NCBI GenBank assembly: GCA_963847185.1
Contig: CAWJYV010000001.1
Coordinates: forward strand, 64,001-128,000
Source: an uncultured Methanosarcinaceae archaeon
GTDB lineage: Archaea; Halobacteriota; Methanosarcinia; Methanosarcinales; Methanosarcinaceae
Length of the DNA: 64,000 nucleotides
Reading direction: 5' to 3'
In this document: piece by piece, positions 43,137 through 54,223 of the stretch
Position numbering within the stretch: position 1 is the first letter of the stretch
Layout: the number at the start of each line of letters is the position of its first letter
Program-made: the position numbers and the translations under genes
Notes under the pieces: generated by a model
What the model was told of the DNA's origin: nothing
Databases searched by the model: none
The model's input: the letters and a program-made list of their open reading frames with translations, nothing else

Positions 43137-44778
43137 CTTGACTTTGTCACATTTCCTTTTCACGTCTACCGTGAAGTATAATTTTATTCCTATATATTTG
43201 AGATCGTGAAACAAATAACAAGTGACTTTATCAAGTCAAACACTATCTCTGTAGAAAAATACATTTCTGAAACGAATCTTGAATTCTATTTTCAAACTAA
43301 AACTCGTTGTGTCGCTTCAACGTGTATTGATTACCTTAATGGTTTGATGCTTCTTCCATATCGGAAAAATTTGAGAAAAATGGCAATTTATTGTTGTAAA
43401 TGCTCTAACAACCAATCACTCAGCCATTTCCTCTCAACTTCTCCTTGGCTTTCTGCAGATCTCCTCAAATCTGTTCGAACAAAAGCCATTCAAACTATAG
43501 GCAAAAATGGTGTTCTTATACTTGACGAATCAAGCATAAAAAAATCTGGAAATAGTTCTGTTGGAGTTTCTCATCAGTATTGTGGCAACCTTGGAAAAAA
43601 GGACAATTGTCAGGTTGGTGTATTCCTTGCTTATTTTAAAAAGAAGAGAAGAATGTTGATTGATGAGAGATTATATCTCCCACAAAAATGGATTGATGAT
43701 AAGGTACGTTGTTTAAAGGCTAAAGTTCCTCTTGAAGAGATTAAATTCCGAACCAAGCATGAGCTTGGTCTTGAAATGATTGATAATGCAATAGAAGAAG
43801 GTATTCCTTTTTCCTATGTTACAATGGATGGATTCTACGGTGAAAATCCGGAGTTGTTGACAGAACTTGAAATTAGAGGTTTAACTTTTGTTGCAGACAT
43901 AGCTGTCGATACTCTTGTTTATATTGAGGAACCAGTTGCTGAGATACCTGCGAAAAAGGGAATAAGAGGAAGAAAACCCACTATCCCCAAGGTTTTGAAT
44001 ACATTATCAACAAGAGTAGATTCTCTTTCCAATTCAGTTGAGGGATGGGAACTTATCAATGTTAGAAAAACGGAAAGAGGGTATAAAAAAGTCTATTTTA
44101 AGGCTATAAAAGTTTGGAGACGTCAGAATAAATTACCTTGTGAGAAGCCGGTATGGCTTCTTATAAGTAAAGATTCAGAATCAAATGAAATTAAATATTC
44201 ACTATGTAACGCCTCTGAAGATACATCATTCGATAAACTTGCAAAAATGCAGAGTTCAAGGTATTGGATTGAGAGAGCATTTCAAGATGCGAAAGGAGAC
44301 TGTGGAATGGCAGAATACATGGTGAGAAATTGGAATGCGTGGCACCATCATATGGCATTAGTAATGCTTGCAATGCTTATTTTACTCTCCTATCAGAAAA
44401 AATTCAACAAAATGTATAAGATGTCAATTCCTGGAGTTTTATGGATACTGAAGTACCATAATCCATTGAAAAGAATCGATGCTCGGGAAATTGCAGGAAT
44501 CTTAAATCAAGATAATGAGTTGAGAAGGAAAGCAAGGGTTAGCAGATTAAGAAGTTCATAATAATTTTCTGATTGGAATAAATGGATTCGTGTTCCGACG
44601 ACTGGTAAGTATACAATTTTGACAGGAAAAATTTATGACAGTAGAAATAATGGAGATAGTGATCAAGAAAAAAATAGAAGAAACAAGAATAGGAAAGGGA
44701 AAAGATTAAAGATACAGCAAATTTGAATGGAAATAAGTTGTGATGATTGTAAAAATGAGTTAATTTGACAAAGTCAAG
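43137..44778 (+). mobile_element. IS701 family element
   Basis: TIR CTTGACTTTGTCA(C/A)ATT 16/17; TTAT duplication at 43133-43136 and 44779-44782. Confidence 0.9.
43206..44561 (+). CDS. IS701 family transposase
   Basis: ILDESSIKKSGNSSVGVSHQYCGNLGKKDNCQVGV; RYWIERAFQDAK. Confidence 0.93.
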   Translation: MKQITSDFIKSNTISVEKYISETNLEFYFQTKTRCVASTCIDYLNGLMLLPYRKNLRKMAIYCCKCSNNQSLSHFLSTSPWLSADLLKSVRTKAIQTIGKNGVLILDESSIKKSGNSSVGVSHQYCGNLGKKDNCQVGVFLAYFKKKRRMLIDERLYLPQKWIDDKVRCLKAKVPLEEIKFRTKHELGLEMIDNAIEEGIPFSYVTMDGFYGENPELLTELEIRGLTFVADIAVDTLVYIEEPVAEIPAKKGIRGRKPTIPKVLNTLSTRVDSLSNSVEGWELINVRKTERGYKKVYFKAIKVWRRQNKLPCEKPVWLLISKDSESNEIKYSLCNASEDTSFDKLAKMQSSRYWIERAFQDAKGDCGMAEYMVRNWNAWHHHMALVMLAMLILLSYQKKFNKMYKMSIPGVLWILKYHNPLKRIDAREIAGILNQDNELRRKARVSRLRSS

Positions 44779-44962
44779 TTATAAAACAACTTTCTTATTT
44801 TACCTTTTCGCGGCGTTGGGCAAAAATACCCAAGTTAAAGGCTGAAAACGCTTATTCTTAGGACACTGAAAGCTACCTTGTGGCAAAGGAGCAGAAGCGT
44901 AAAAACATAGCAAAAATCGTTAAGGCAGAAAAAGTCAAAGGTATAATTAGAAGATAAGGAGT

Positions 44963-45736
44963 ATGACAATGGAAGAAATAACAATCCACGAATTTGATTT
45001 TGCCCTCATCAATGAATTTTTCACAGAGCTTGAACGGCAGGGACCCGGCAGCCCCGAAGAAACCATCAAAGCATTAGGTTTTATCGGAAATCTTTCAAAC
45101 AAAACAAAAATTGCCGATTTAGGCTGTGGCACAGGCTTTCAAACAATGGTTCTGGCACAAAATACAGAAGCAACCATCACCGCCCTCGACCTTTACGCCG
45201 GCTCGATTGATAAACTTAACGCAACAGCCGGAAAACTTGGTTTGCAGAATAGGGTAAAAGGTATTGTCGGTTCAATGGATAATTTGCCGTTTCAGAATGA
45301 CGAATTTGATCTTATATGGTCTGAGGGAGCTATTGCCAATATAGGTTTTGAAAAAGGCTTGAATCACTGGAAAGGCTTCCTCAAAAAAGATGGTTATATT
45401 GCCGTAACATATGAGTCATGGTTTACCGATGAACGCCCCGCTGAAATTGAGAAGTGGTGGTTGGATGCAGTTCCTGAAATTGGCACAATAGGGTATAATA
45501 TTTCCATCATGCAAAAAACAGGTTATATTCCTGTTGCCGCATTTACGCTGCCTGAAAATTGTTGGATAGACAATTATTTTATTCCGCAAAAAGCAAGGCA
45601 AGAGGAATTCTTGAAAAAACATGCGGGAAATAAAACCGTTGAGGATATGATTGCATTTATGAGGCGTGAGGCAGACTTGTATTCAAAATACAAACAGTAT
45701 TATGGATATGTATTTTATATTGGGAAAAAGATGTAA
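44963..45736 (+). CDS. class I SAM-dependent methyltransferase
   Basis: [24 protein letters not shown]. Confidence 0.93.
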   Translation: MTMEEITIHEFDFALINEFFTELERQGPGSPEETIKALGFIGNLSNKTKIADLGCGTGFQTMVLAQNTEATITALDLYAGSIDKLNATAGKLGLQNRVKGIVGSMDNLPFQNDEFDLIWSEGAIANIGFEKGLNHWKGFLKKDGYIAVTYESWFTDERPAEIEKWWLDAVPEIGTIGYNISIMQKTGYIPVAAFTLPENCWIDNYFIPQKARQEEFLKKHAGNKTVEDMIAFMRREADLYSKYKQYYGYVFYIGKKM

Positions 45737-46212
45737 AATAATAATATTCAAATAAATTCAAGAAAAAACATTTGTCAATTGCGATTAAGCTATATCTGTT
45801 TTCTTAAAAACAGAATGAAAAAAGTTAAGTTTTTTTGTCTAGTTTTTCAGAAGGTACTAGATGGATTTGATATCCTTTTATATTAAGTCCTTCAATTTTA
45901 CTTTCAGGATTTCTTTTATCAAGGTATAAATGTCCCCAGCATTTAGAACTATATTTCGTCGTGAACATGCCACCCGACGACAAGATGTACTTTTTATATG
46001 GAAGATTGCTGTTAAAAATCTTTCTTCCCACTTCAGCAGCTGAATCTAATAATTTTGAATCCGTGTTTTTTTATATATGTTTCATTGTATGTTAATTTGA
46101 TGTGTTTGCCTTACTCCCTGATTGTGCTTATTCAAATACGAACGTTTTAGCGTACAACGTTCGGATTAAAATATCCTGAAAAATTAGATTTAATAACTCT
46201 ATTTTATAATTA

Positions 46213-46226
46213 TTTGCAACGGAACC
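46213..46226. mobile_element. solo IS6-type terminal repeat
   Basis: TTTGCAACGGAACC is the exact reverse complement of the IS6 end at 51313-51326. Confidence 0.65.
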
Positions 46227-46238
46227 GAAGAAGTTAAT

Positions 46239-46360
46239 GTTCATGTCCACAGACCTTCTGCAGTAAATTTGATTTAAATCTTCTGACATCGTCCAGTGGA
46301 AATATGGAATTCCTTGGGAGTTTCATTGAGTGCTATTGCAGAAGGTCTGTGGACATGAAC
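46239..46360. mobile_element. 122-bp element with 24-bp perfect inverted repeats (MITE-like)
   Basis: GTTCATGTCCACAGACCTTCTGCA 46239-46262 / TGCAGAAGGTCTGTGGACATGAAC 46337-46360. Confidence 0.75.
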
Positions 46361-46384
46361 CCTAGCTCTACCCCTTATAGAAGG

Positions 46385-47674
46385 TTATTGGCTAGAGCGT
46401 AATCCGTTAATGATTTCTTCTAGAAGGAGGAGGGCACCCGAAACTCCCAGATATGTCTTAGGGAGAAAGTGGATGTATCCCTCTTCAGGAATGGTTATTT
46501 CAATGCCTGTTTTGCAACATTCCTTTGCTTTTAAAAGTTGCAGAGTAGGACCATCTGCAAAGGCAATGTCCACCGATTCAAGGGTAAGATCTTTATCCCA
46601 TGCTTCAAAAAAACCATTTTCTTCTAGAAATATTCTGAGATTTTCTGCTGCTTTAGGATCGCTTCCAGGAAGTAGTTTTACTGCAAGAGGAGCCATTCCC
46701 AAGTAAGAATAAAGCCAGTGTATAAGGGAATAGGCAAGGGAACTTTCAGCCCTGACTGAAAAACTGGCTCCTTTGGGAAGCCCTGAGAAAGAATGGAAAC
46801 GCGAAATCTGTTGATAACTTACCTTTCTGGCTTTATGGACTTCTGCGAGGGCAGGTGCAGGGTTGATATCCAGAACAGCTGCAACTTCCCTCAGCAGGCT
46901 TTCAATCGCATCAAACCCAAGGGGAGCCCCAAAAGGAGAAAACACAGCTGGGATCCCAAAATGTTCTTTATACCATTCTGCAATCCTTCTTCCGTATTCG
47001 GGGAAAATAACGATATTACAGGCTGCTTCGCCTGACTTCCGGATTTCGTTGAGGGAAGTTCCGGCAAGGAAAACGGTTCCTACCTCCAGGTTAAGAAAAG
47101 CCAGAAGCCGCTTCATTTCTGTAACTGAGCCTTCCCAGTGTTTATTGAGCAGGGAAAGCCCAATCAGATTCACTTTTTTTGAAGAGCCTATATTATGGGA
47201 GGCCTGAAGATTCAGGTGCTTGAGCAGGGTAAGGGCAGTATTTTCAAAGCCAGTTGCTGCGGGAAGGGAAAAACCTGTATTTTCTATCACAAAACAGCGG
47301 TCCTGCATCCTTACTTTTTTAATTACACCTTCCAGGTCGTCTCCCAAAAGGCTTGCTCCTGGGGAATTAATCACCACAAGTAAGCCTTTTTCCTTTGCTG
47401 CTATTGTTGTAAGTGCTCTCTCAAATTTTTCAAGGGAACCTTGAATGTAGTCTTCCCCATCCAAGCAGGTGCAGGGAACTCTAGGCTGCCCGACATAGAA
47501 CTCATCCTGGAATGCCAGGGGGTCATGTGAACTTTCTCTGGGAAATTGTCTGTCTGAGAGAAAACCATGGTATAACTTGCATCCTGTAGGCCCGTTCAGG
47601 AGCACAGCCGCATCTCTGATCCCTTCTACCGCCATGATAGAACCTGTAAAAGAATCAGGAGAAAAAATCAACAT
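46385..47674 (-). CDS. nitrogenase component 1-like oxidoreductase, beta/K-like subunit
   Basis: [21 protein letters not shown]; overlaps the stop of the upstream gene. Confidence 0.88.
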   Translation of the reverse strand: MLIFSPDSFTGSIMAVEGIRDAAVLLNGPTGCKLYHGFLSDRQFPRESSHDPLAFQDEFYVGQPRVPCTCLDGEDYIQGSLEKFERALTTIAAKEKGLLVVINSPGASLLGDDLEGVIKKVRMQDRCFVIENTGFSLPAATGFENTALTLLKHLNLQASHNIGSSKKVNLIGLSLLNKHWEGSVTEMKRLLAFLNLEVGTVFLAGTSLNEIRKSGEAACNIVIFPEYGRRIAEWYKEHFGIPAVFSPFGAPLGFDAIESLLREVAAVLDINPAPALAEVHKARKVSYQQISRFHSFSGLPKGASFSVRAESSLAYSLIHWLYSYLGMAPLAVKLLPGSDPKAAENLRIFLEENGFFEAWDKDLTLESVDIAFADGPTLQLLKAKECCKTGIEITIPEEGYIHFLPKTYLGVSGALLLLEEIINGLRSSQ

Positions 47675-50004
47675 TCATCACCACCGTCATACTTCCATCC
47701 TTCCACAGCTGGAAGCCGTAGAAGTGTACTCCAGCGTTTTGCAAGCTCAAGCCCACTAAGGAACCCCACCCGTGGGGAAAAGGGGATGGTATCGTAATGC
47801 ACTCCATCTTCAGGGACCGAAAGTGCATAATTCGAAAGGACAAAGTCTGGCTTGAAAATCTTAATATCCCTTTCTCTTTTTTCATCAGTATAGTTCCTCT
47901 CTATTGGGAAATTTTCGTGAGACTGGAGGTTGAGGTTTTTCCTCTCAAAAAAAGAGACTGGAATTCCAACTTTGATAATTTCCATTCCTAGATCTTGGAT
48001 GGTGTCCAGCACCCATCCGCTGTTCTCTGTGTAGTTCACCAAAAGTACGCGCTTACCTGAGAGATAAGGAGCATATTTTTCAATCCCTAATCTATACATC
48101 TTTTCCTGTTCCTGCAGCAGGGGTGTGAAATCTTTTCCAGGGAGCAGACGTGCTACTAGGGCTTTCACCCAGAGAGAACTTTCCTGGAAACCCACAGGAA
48201 ATGGAAGCTCAAAAAACTCAACCCCGAAACGCTCAGAAAGGTATGCTTGCATGTTTCGGGTATCTGGGTCATCATAGGCTAACAAGTTGATTTCCGCTTT
48301 TTTAAAAGAACGAAGGGAAAGAGTGTCTGTCCTTTTTAAAAACCTGCAATTGACCTTGTAACCCAACCTTTTGAGGAGCTTCTCAACAGTATGGAAGTGT
48401 TCTTCGTCCCTCAGGGAAACACTCCTTTCTCCAATAATATTGACCAGACCTTTTTCAGGCTTTACAGAAGGATCAATCAGGTCAGCAACTTTTTTGTAGC
48501 CCTCAAGCAATCCAGTCGAAAAGTCTCCTGTAATAACTCCTTCTACAGGAATGGGGATAACTCTTGCTCCGGGAAAACGGACTTTCGCTCTTGAGGTTGC
48601 CTTTTTTATGTCGTCGCCTATAATCCCTGTGGGGCAGGTGTTCACCACAAAAACAGTTCGCCAGCCAGCTGAAAGGGCTTCTTCGATTTTCCTCTCAAGC
48701 TTTTCAAATCCCCCGAAAATTGCTTCCTCTTCGTTTATATCTGTGGGTAAGAGGCTAGAGATCTGCCTTTCATCGTTAGTCTGTATATTTATTCTTCCTC
48801 CCCTTAAAAATGAGCCTACAAGGGCATCGGTTATAAAATGAGTGCAGCTTCTTGGCCCGTGTAGAACGGTAGCAGCATCGTTAACCTGAAAAGTCGCAGT
48901 TACAGCCCCTGAAAAAGCGCAACCATAAAGAAGCGGTCTAGAAGTAAATACTATTGGAGATGGCGTAGACACTTTTTTGGAAGTTCCCGTGAAAATTTCT
49001 ACAGGTTGTATTTCGGGAATCACTTTACAGCTATTTTCAGAACTTGCTTCGGGTATCTTCATGTGGATTTTCGTGGAAGATCCGTTTTCTTGTCTGATAG
49101 GAACAGATTCAGCATATTGCCTTTTTTCGGATACAGAACCTATTTCAAATGACTTTATATCGGGTCGTTCACGCCTTCCAAGCACCAAGGCTTCAAGCTC
49201 AAGGTCACTTAGGGGGTTGGCAAGGTAGAGCAGGCTCCGATTCTTTTCCAGGGTTTCAACATATCTTGCTAACTCCCTGAAAACATTTGCAGGGACAGAA
49301 GAAGGGAAGGCTTCAGCCAGGGTTTTTCCGGCTTTTTCAGCCCTAGAAAATACTTCATCCCTGGGAAGGGAGGCTACTACAGGCAGCCCTACTGCCTGAG
49401 CAAAGGCATAAACTCTTTTCTCTTCAGCGAAAAGTCCGCGTCTGTTGAAGATGATGCCTGCAACTCTGGGGGCTGTGTCCTCGAAATTCTGGATTCCCCG
49501 GAGGATATTATTGGCTGCGTATAGGGCCATATATTCCCCTGAAGTCACCAGAAAAACCGCATCAGCATATTCTTTCCTGAGGGGAAGTGCAAACCCTCCA
49601 CAGACTACGTCCCCAAGAACATCATAGAGAACGACGTCGAAAGAGGAAGCTCTAAGCCCTAGGCGTTTTAAGACCTCAAAGCTACTCAGTATTCCCCTAC
49701 CTGCACATCCTATTCCGGGTTTTGGACCTCCGACTTCTATGCAGGCAATGCCTCCATAGCCTTCAAAGACCACGGCTTCAAGATGCTGCGCTTCCTGAGG
49801 ATTTTTGCGCATATAGTCCAACACTGTGGGGATATCGGCCCCTCCAAGGAGCAGACGAGTAGAATCGTGTTTTGGGTCGCAGCCGACCTGCAACACCCTT
49901 TTTTTCAAATCAGCAAGGGCAGCCGAGAGATTTGCAGCAATGGTTGACTTCCCTATGCCTCCTTTCCCATAAAGAGCAATTTGGATTATGTTTTTTTCCC
50001 CCAT
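47668..50004 (-). CDS. NifH-like Fe protein fused to nitrogenase component 1 alpha/D-like domain
   Basis: [37 protein letters not shown]; then [24 protein letters not shown]. Confidence 0.93.
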   Translation of the reverse strand: MGEKNIIQIALYGKGGIGKSTIAANLSAALADLKKRVLQVGCDPKHDSTRLLLGGADIPTVLDYMRKNPQEAQHLEAVVFEGYGGIACIEVGGPKPGIGCAGRGILSSFEVLKRLGLRASSFDVVLYDVLGDVVCGGFALPLRKEYADAVFLVTSGEYMALYAANNILRGIQNFEDTAPRVAGIIFNRRGLFAEEKRVYAFAQAVGLPVVASLPRDEVFSRAEKAGKTLAEAFPSSVPANVFRELARYVETLEKNRSLLYLANPLSDLELEALVLGRRERPDIKSFEIGSVSEKRQYAESVPIRQENGSSTKIHMKIPEASSENSCKVIPEIQPVEIFTGTSKKVSTPSPIVFTSRPLLYGCAFSGAVTATFQVNDAATVLHGPRSCTHFITDALVGSFLRGGRINIQTNDERQISSLLPTDINEEEAIFGGFEKLERKIEEALSAGWRTVFVVNTCPTGIIGDDIKKATSRAKVRFPGARVIPIPVEGVITGDFSTGLLEGYKKVADLIDPSVKPEKGLVNIIGERSVSLRDEEHFHTVEKLLKRLGYKVNCRFLKRTDTLSLRSFKKAEINLLAYDDPDTRNMQAYLSERFGVEFFELPFPVGFQESSLWVKALVARLLPGKDFTPLLQEQEKMYRLGIEKYAPYLSGKRVLLVNYTENSGWVLDTIQDLGMEIIKVGIPVSFFERKNLNLQSHENFPIERNYTDEKRERDIKIFKPDFVLSNYALSVPEDGVHYDTIPFSPRVGFLSGLELAKRWSTLLRLPAVEGWKYDGGDEC

Positions 50005-50053
50005 GGTTTACTGAATTATCTAGGATGGATATTCCTGAATCATTTGCTAAATT

Positions 50054-50491
50054 TTAGTACTTTCCCATAATCTTTACAATTCCCCTGTGCATACCATGAA
50101 TGCTTAACCCATTACCGAGATACATCATTGGGCAGTATCCAGTTATACACTTAAATCCCTGTTTTTGGCAGGCTTCCACGGATTTTTCAGTATCAGTTCT
50201 CCAGTGAAGCCATACTTTTTTTATGCCTTTTCCTTTAAGAATAGGAATTAAATCGCCTGGTTCGGTATTTGTGACTCCAATAACCACATGATCTACGTCT
50301 ACGGGAATTTCAGCCAGGTCTGTAAGTGAATCTCGATCAGGTTTTTGGGAAAGGTCTACAAGATATACTTTTTTACCTCTGCTTTTGAGTTCAGAGGCTG
50401 TCCATTTCATAGCCGGCTTTGTGTGATCAGTGATTATTGCAAAAGTTTGTGCATCCCAGAACTTTTCTCTATCCATGCTAGAGGAGTCCAT
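50054..50491 (-). CDS. CoA-binding (YccU-like) protein
   Basis: Rossmann-like; KKVWLHWRT..GYCPMMY; start ATG50491 after GGTGA. Confidence 0.75.
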   Translation of the reverse strand: MDSSSMDREKFWDAQTFAIITDHTKPAMKWTASELKSRGKKVYLVDLSQKPDRDSLTDLAEIPVDVDHVVIGVTNTEPGDLIPILKGKGIKKVWLHWRTDTEKSVEACQKQGFKCITGYCPMMYLGNGLSIHGMHRGIVKIMGKY

Positions 50492-50513
50492 ATTGAGTTC
50501 ACCTTTACTTTGA

Positions 50514-50918
50514 TCAAAGCAATTTCTGTCCTGCATTTGGACCAGGAGCACATTGAAAGACGTTGGAAATCTGAACTTCTATAAGAGTCTTTGCAGGAAG
50601 TCCGGGTTTTGCTGTATGCACAATTGACTTCATTTTTTCAAACTTTTCTCCCGATTCGATAACAATTGCTTTACCTTTTATTTGAAAGCAGCCACCTGTA
50701 TCAGGACCCCAAACGTAAATTGCAACATTAGGATTTTCTTTTAAGTTTGCTAAGGATTTACTCATGAAATTATCCACAATCCAGATTGTATCATCATCGA
50801 TAAGTTGGCAGAACCCTATAGGTACTACATTTGGAATTCCATCCTTTGAGGCTGTAGCTACAGGAAAAATCTTAACCTTTGAAAATGCAGTTTTCGTCTC
50901 TTCATCTAATTTTACCAT
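50514..50918 (-). CDS. pyridoxamine 5'-phosphate oxidase family (FMN/F420-binding split barrel)
   Basis: VATASKDGIPNVVP...NLKENPNVA...FQIKGKA. Confidence 0.9.
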   Translation of the reverse strand: MVKLDEETKTAFSKVKIFPVATASKDGIPNVVPIGFCQLIDDDTIWIVDNFMSKSLANLKENPNVAIYVWGPDTGGCFQIKGKAIVIESGEKFEKMKSIVHTAKPGLPAKTLIEVQISNVFQCAPGPNAGQKLL

Positions 50919-51190
50919 AATATCACAACCATCAATTATCAACATCTTAAAGATCTGGTTCGTAATTTATAAGCAAGTCTTAACGGTGTATATTTATATA
51001 CCTATGCGTCATAATTATGTACCAATTTTATATTGTACAGAAAAATGACCTTGGGATAGTTTTCTATGATAGCATTAAACCGTTAACAGTCAAATAAGCG
51101 ACCTGAATTAAAGCAACATTTTGTCGAAATAACATTTAATTGCATCAAATTAACAATCGGTTTTCTAGTAATTTTAGAGGGTAAGCAAAA

Positions 51191-51312
51191 GTGGAGACAA
51201 AGAGTGAAAACACTGAGGATTATTACAGAGAAGAACTGCACGCTATTAAAGAAGAGATTATATCTCTGAGAAACGAATTTTCACAATTTTTACAAAAGGC
51301 AAACCAACAGCA
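51191..51312 (+). pseudogene. 5' fragment of a gene (probably a regulator) truncated by IS6
   Basis: coiled-coil-like ORF with GAGG RBS runs into the IS6 TIR at 51313. Confidence 0.5.
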
Positions 51313-51860
51313 GGTTCCGTTGCAAAAAATCATGATATTGAAGCAAAAATTTAGTTTCACAACAAAGAACATAAAGAAACAGAATATCTCAAATAACATC
51401 CAGATTTAGGCAGCTATTTCGAATAACTGGTTTATAAAATTGACTTCAGCACGGACACATTGATTTAAAGTATCAACCTGTCCTTTTTTATCATATGCAT
51501 GATTTCAATTCCTTTTATAGTTTTAATAGCCGTAGAAAAAGACTGGAAACCTAACATTGGACACACTATCCGTTTTATAGATCTATGATCCTGTTCAACA
51601 ATGTTATTTAAATACTTAATTTGTCGAAGATTTACATTTTGAGGTAACATTCTATTATTTTTCAGTTCATTTATAGCAGGTGGATAAGCTGGATTTTTAT
51701 CAACTGTTATTACTCTTGGGATTTGATTGTGCTTTGAACCCAAAGCTTTCTTAAGGAATCTCTTTGCAGCTTTTTTACTTCGTTTTGCACTTAACATGAA
51801 ATCGATTGTATTACCATTTGAGTCAACTGCTCTGTAAAGATATTTCCATTCACCTTTTAC
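51313..51860 (-). mobile_element. IS6 family element, 3' half with truncated transposase
   Basis: TIR GGTTCCGTTGCAAA; KGEWKYLYRAVDS..TDK..NNIVEQDHR. Confidence 0.9.
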
Positions 51861-52575
51861 TGCTATGGGAGCGCGGAGGGTCACGAATGCCCAGACTTTT
51901 AAGTCTGGGATGAAGTGAACCCTCGCAGGTTTTTCGACATTCACCTTAAAAATCTAAAATCGTCACTTTTTTCAATATAAAGTTTTTTGACACCATAGCC
52001 ACAGGCGGTTGCAGCCACCTATGGCTAGGATGTGATAAGCATTGGAATTGCGTAGTTTTAGCCACGGCTATGGTCAGATCACCTACCACCTCGTATTGGC
52101 GCCTAAGTACAGATTCAAAATATTCTATAACAATAGAGTTAAAAAGGATTGCGAATCGATCTTCAAAAACATTTGTACTGAGAAAGGCTATAGAATACAT
52201 GCCATGGAAATAGTAGAAGACCATGTGCACTTGTTTCTGGAATTCCATCCCAGCACCTCACTATCCAAGGTAATTCAACACCTAAAAGGAGGAAGTTCTT
52301 ACAGATTATTTAAGCTTCATCCTGAACTAAGGGAAAAATACTGGGGTGGAAGTCTATGTCAAGTGGCAAGTTCTATAGATCAATTGGGAATGTAACTGCT
52401 GACACAATCAAGCATTATATTAACTATTCACAAGGAAAACCAAAAAAAGAGATTATAACGAATAGAATAAAGAAATCTGGACAATTGAAACTAAGCGATT
52501 TCTAACTTCCTCAAAAATCGGCGGACGGCCCGAAGCATACCCTACCTTTTAAGGTAGGGTGGCCGTCTGCAATTT
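51861..52575 (+). mobile_element. tnpA: IS200/IS605 family element, tnpA only, frameshifted near 52358
   Basis: YHLVLAPKYR, DHVHL HUH motif; subterminal hairpins 51890-51909 and 52539-52560; abuts the IS6 transposase. Confidence 0.9.
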
Positions 52576-52665
52576 GATTTCTTATTTTACAAAAGATGAT
52601 AACTATAATATATTCATTTTATATGTTATTATGTTTAATAGTAATATAGTAAATGGAGCAGATAA

Positions 52666-53958
52666 ATGTCATCAAGAAGAATGTATCTCCCAATTATGGC
52701 AATGGTTCTTTTTTTGATTTTCACATCCACCAGTGCATTAGCAGCAACGCCAGTATTCACGGAATCTCGCATCACAACTAACATTTCTAATTCGCAGTTC
52801 CCTGCTATATATGGAGATAATATAGTATGGCAAGACGATAGAAATGGAAATTGGGATATTTATATCTTAAATATGAAAAGTAAAGTCCAGATTCATACAA
52901 CGAATAAAGTAGAACAAGAAAACTCCGCGATTTATGGTGATAGAGTAGTTTGGCAAGATAAACGATATAATGGAGATTATATTTATCCAGATCCTGATGT
53001 TCTTAGTTCATATCTTGAGGGTTATGATATAGTACTCGAGAATCTAACAACAAAAACACAAACTCGAGTCACTCATACAAACTCAGCAGCGAATCCGGAC
53101 ATCTATAAAGATTGGGTCGTATATAGAAACCAGGCATATAGCGAGAGAGAAAATTGGGGGGAAATTTATGCATACAACATAAAGACAAAGAGGACAGTAA
53201 CAATAAATAATTCTTGGTATTCCGAAAATCCCGCAATATATGAAGATAGAGTGGCGTATCAAAGTGGCGGTGAAGGATTGCCAGATATATATTGTTACAA
53301 CCTAACAACTAATAAAAACATACAGGTTACTAATACCAAATCAGCAACAGAACCTGCAATATATGGTGACAATATCGTTTATATAGATTATTATACATAC
53401 CCAGTTATGGCTGATAATAATTGGTTAACGTATGATGCAGTATATATGTATGATATTTCTACTAAAACTACAAAAATGATAACTAATTCTACAGGATATA
53501 TCGAGAAAGTTAGAATATATGGAAATCTTATAGTTTGGGACGAATACCGTGATGGTAGCAAGGATATATACATATATGATATTTCCACCAAACAACAATG
53601 GCATACCACAAATAAATCTGACCAATCAGACCCAGCGATTTTTGAAACTAAAGTAGTCTGGCGAGATTCCCGAAACGGAAATGATGATATTTATATGGGT
53701 GCCTTTATATATCCCCCTGTAGCAGGATTCTCCGCAAGACCAGTAGATGGAAGATCACCGCTTACCGTTAGGTTTACCGATAAAAGTTCAGGGAGCCCTA
53801 CATCATGGAGCTGGAACTTTGGAGATGGTAAAAGCTCAACGTCACAAAATTCAACACATACATACAACAAGAAAGGAAAGTATGATGTAAGTTTAACGGT
53901 GAAAAATGTAGCTGGATATAACATCAAAAAAGTTAAAAGTTATATTATTGCCCGATGA
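52666..53958 (+). CDS. cell-surface beta-propeller repeat + PKD protein
   Basis: signal peptide; PAIYGDNIVWQDDRNGNWDIY repeats; WNFGDG. Confidence 0.92.
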   Translation: MSSRRMYLPIMAMVLFLIFTSTSALAATPVFTESRITTNISNSQFPAIYGDNIVWQDDRNGNWDIYILNMKSKVQIHTTNKVEQENSAIYGDRVVWQDKRYNGDYIYPDPDVLSSYLEGYDIVLENLTTKTQTRVTHTNSAANPDIYKDWVVYRNQAYSERENWGEIYAYNIKTKRTVTINNSWYSENPAIYEDRVAYQSGGEGLPDIYCYNLTTNKNIQVTNTKSATEPAIYGDNIVYIDYYTYPVMADNNWLTYDAVYMYDISTKTTKMITNSTGYIEKVRIYGNLIVWDEYRDGSKDIYIYDISTKQQWHTTNKSDQSDPAIFETKVVWRDSRNGNDDIYMGAFIYPPVAGFSARPVDGRSPLTVRFTDKSSGSPTSWSWNFGDGKSSTSQNSTHTYNKKGKYDVSLTVKNVAGYNIKKVKSYIIAR

Positions 53959-54048
53959 GATTTACTTTAATCTCTGAGTCTTACAACTCAGAGCCTGAAG
54001 GAAACAAAAATTTCATCCCTCTCAGGCTTGAATTTAAATTATGACTAT

Positions 54049-54114
54049 GAACCTATCCGAAAAATAGAGCTACTAACTTAGCTTTAGAGATTTACTAATT
54101 TTTTGGAAGGCTCT
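54049..54114. mobile_element. short MITE-like relic related to the 28861 family
   Basis: GAACCTATCCGAAAAA ... TTTTTGGAAGGCTCT. Confidence 0.45.
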
Positions 54115-54223
54115 AAGTCACTAAACTCCACGAATAGGCTATTTGGAATCGAAATTTAATCCCATTAATACTTTCATCTAACTTCCTTTAACCTTATTAT
54201 CTTTTTTAATTGAATATTACTTG

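Larger units (their letters stand above)
42886..44832. mobile_element. segment bounded by 21-bp perfect inverted repeats that contains the IS701-like element
   Basis: TGGGTATTTTTGCCCAACGCC (42886-42906) / GGCGTTGGGCAAAAATACCCA (44812-44832). Confidence 0.7.

Noticed and set aside
46385-50004. True nitrogenase (nifHDK) or cfbCD
   Set aside because: FeMoco ligand and two of the three K-subunit Cys appear absent; no nifENB or other cfb genes; fused and heteromeric architecture.
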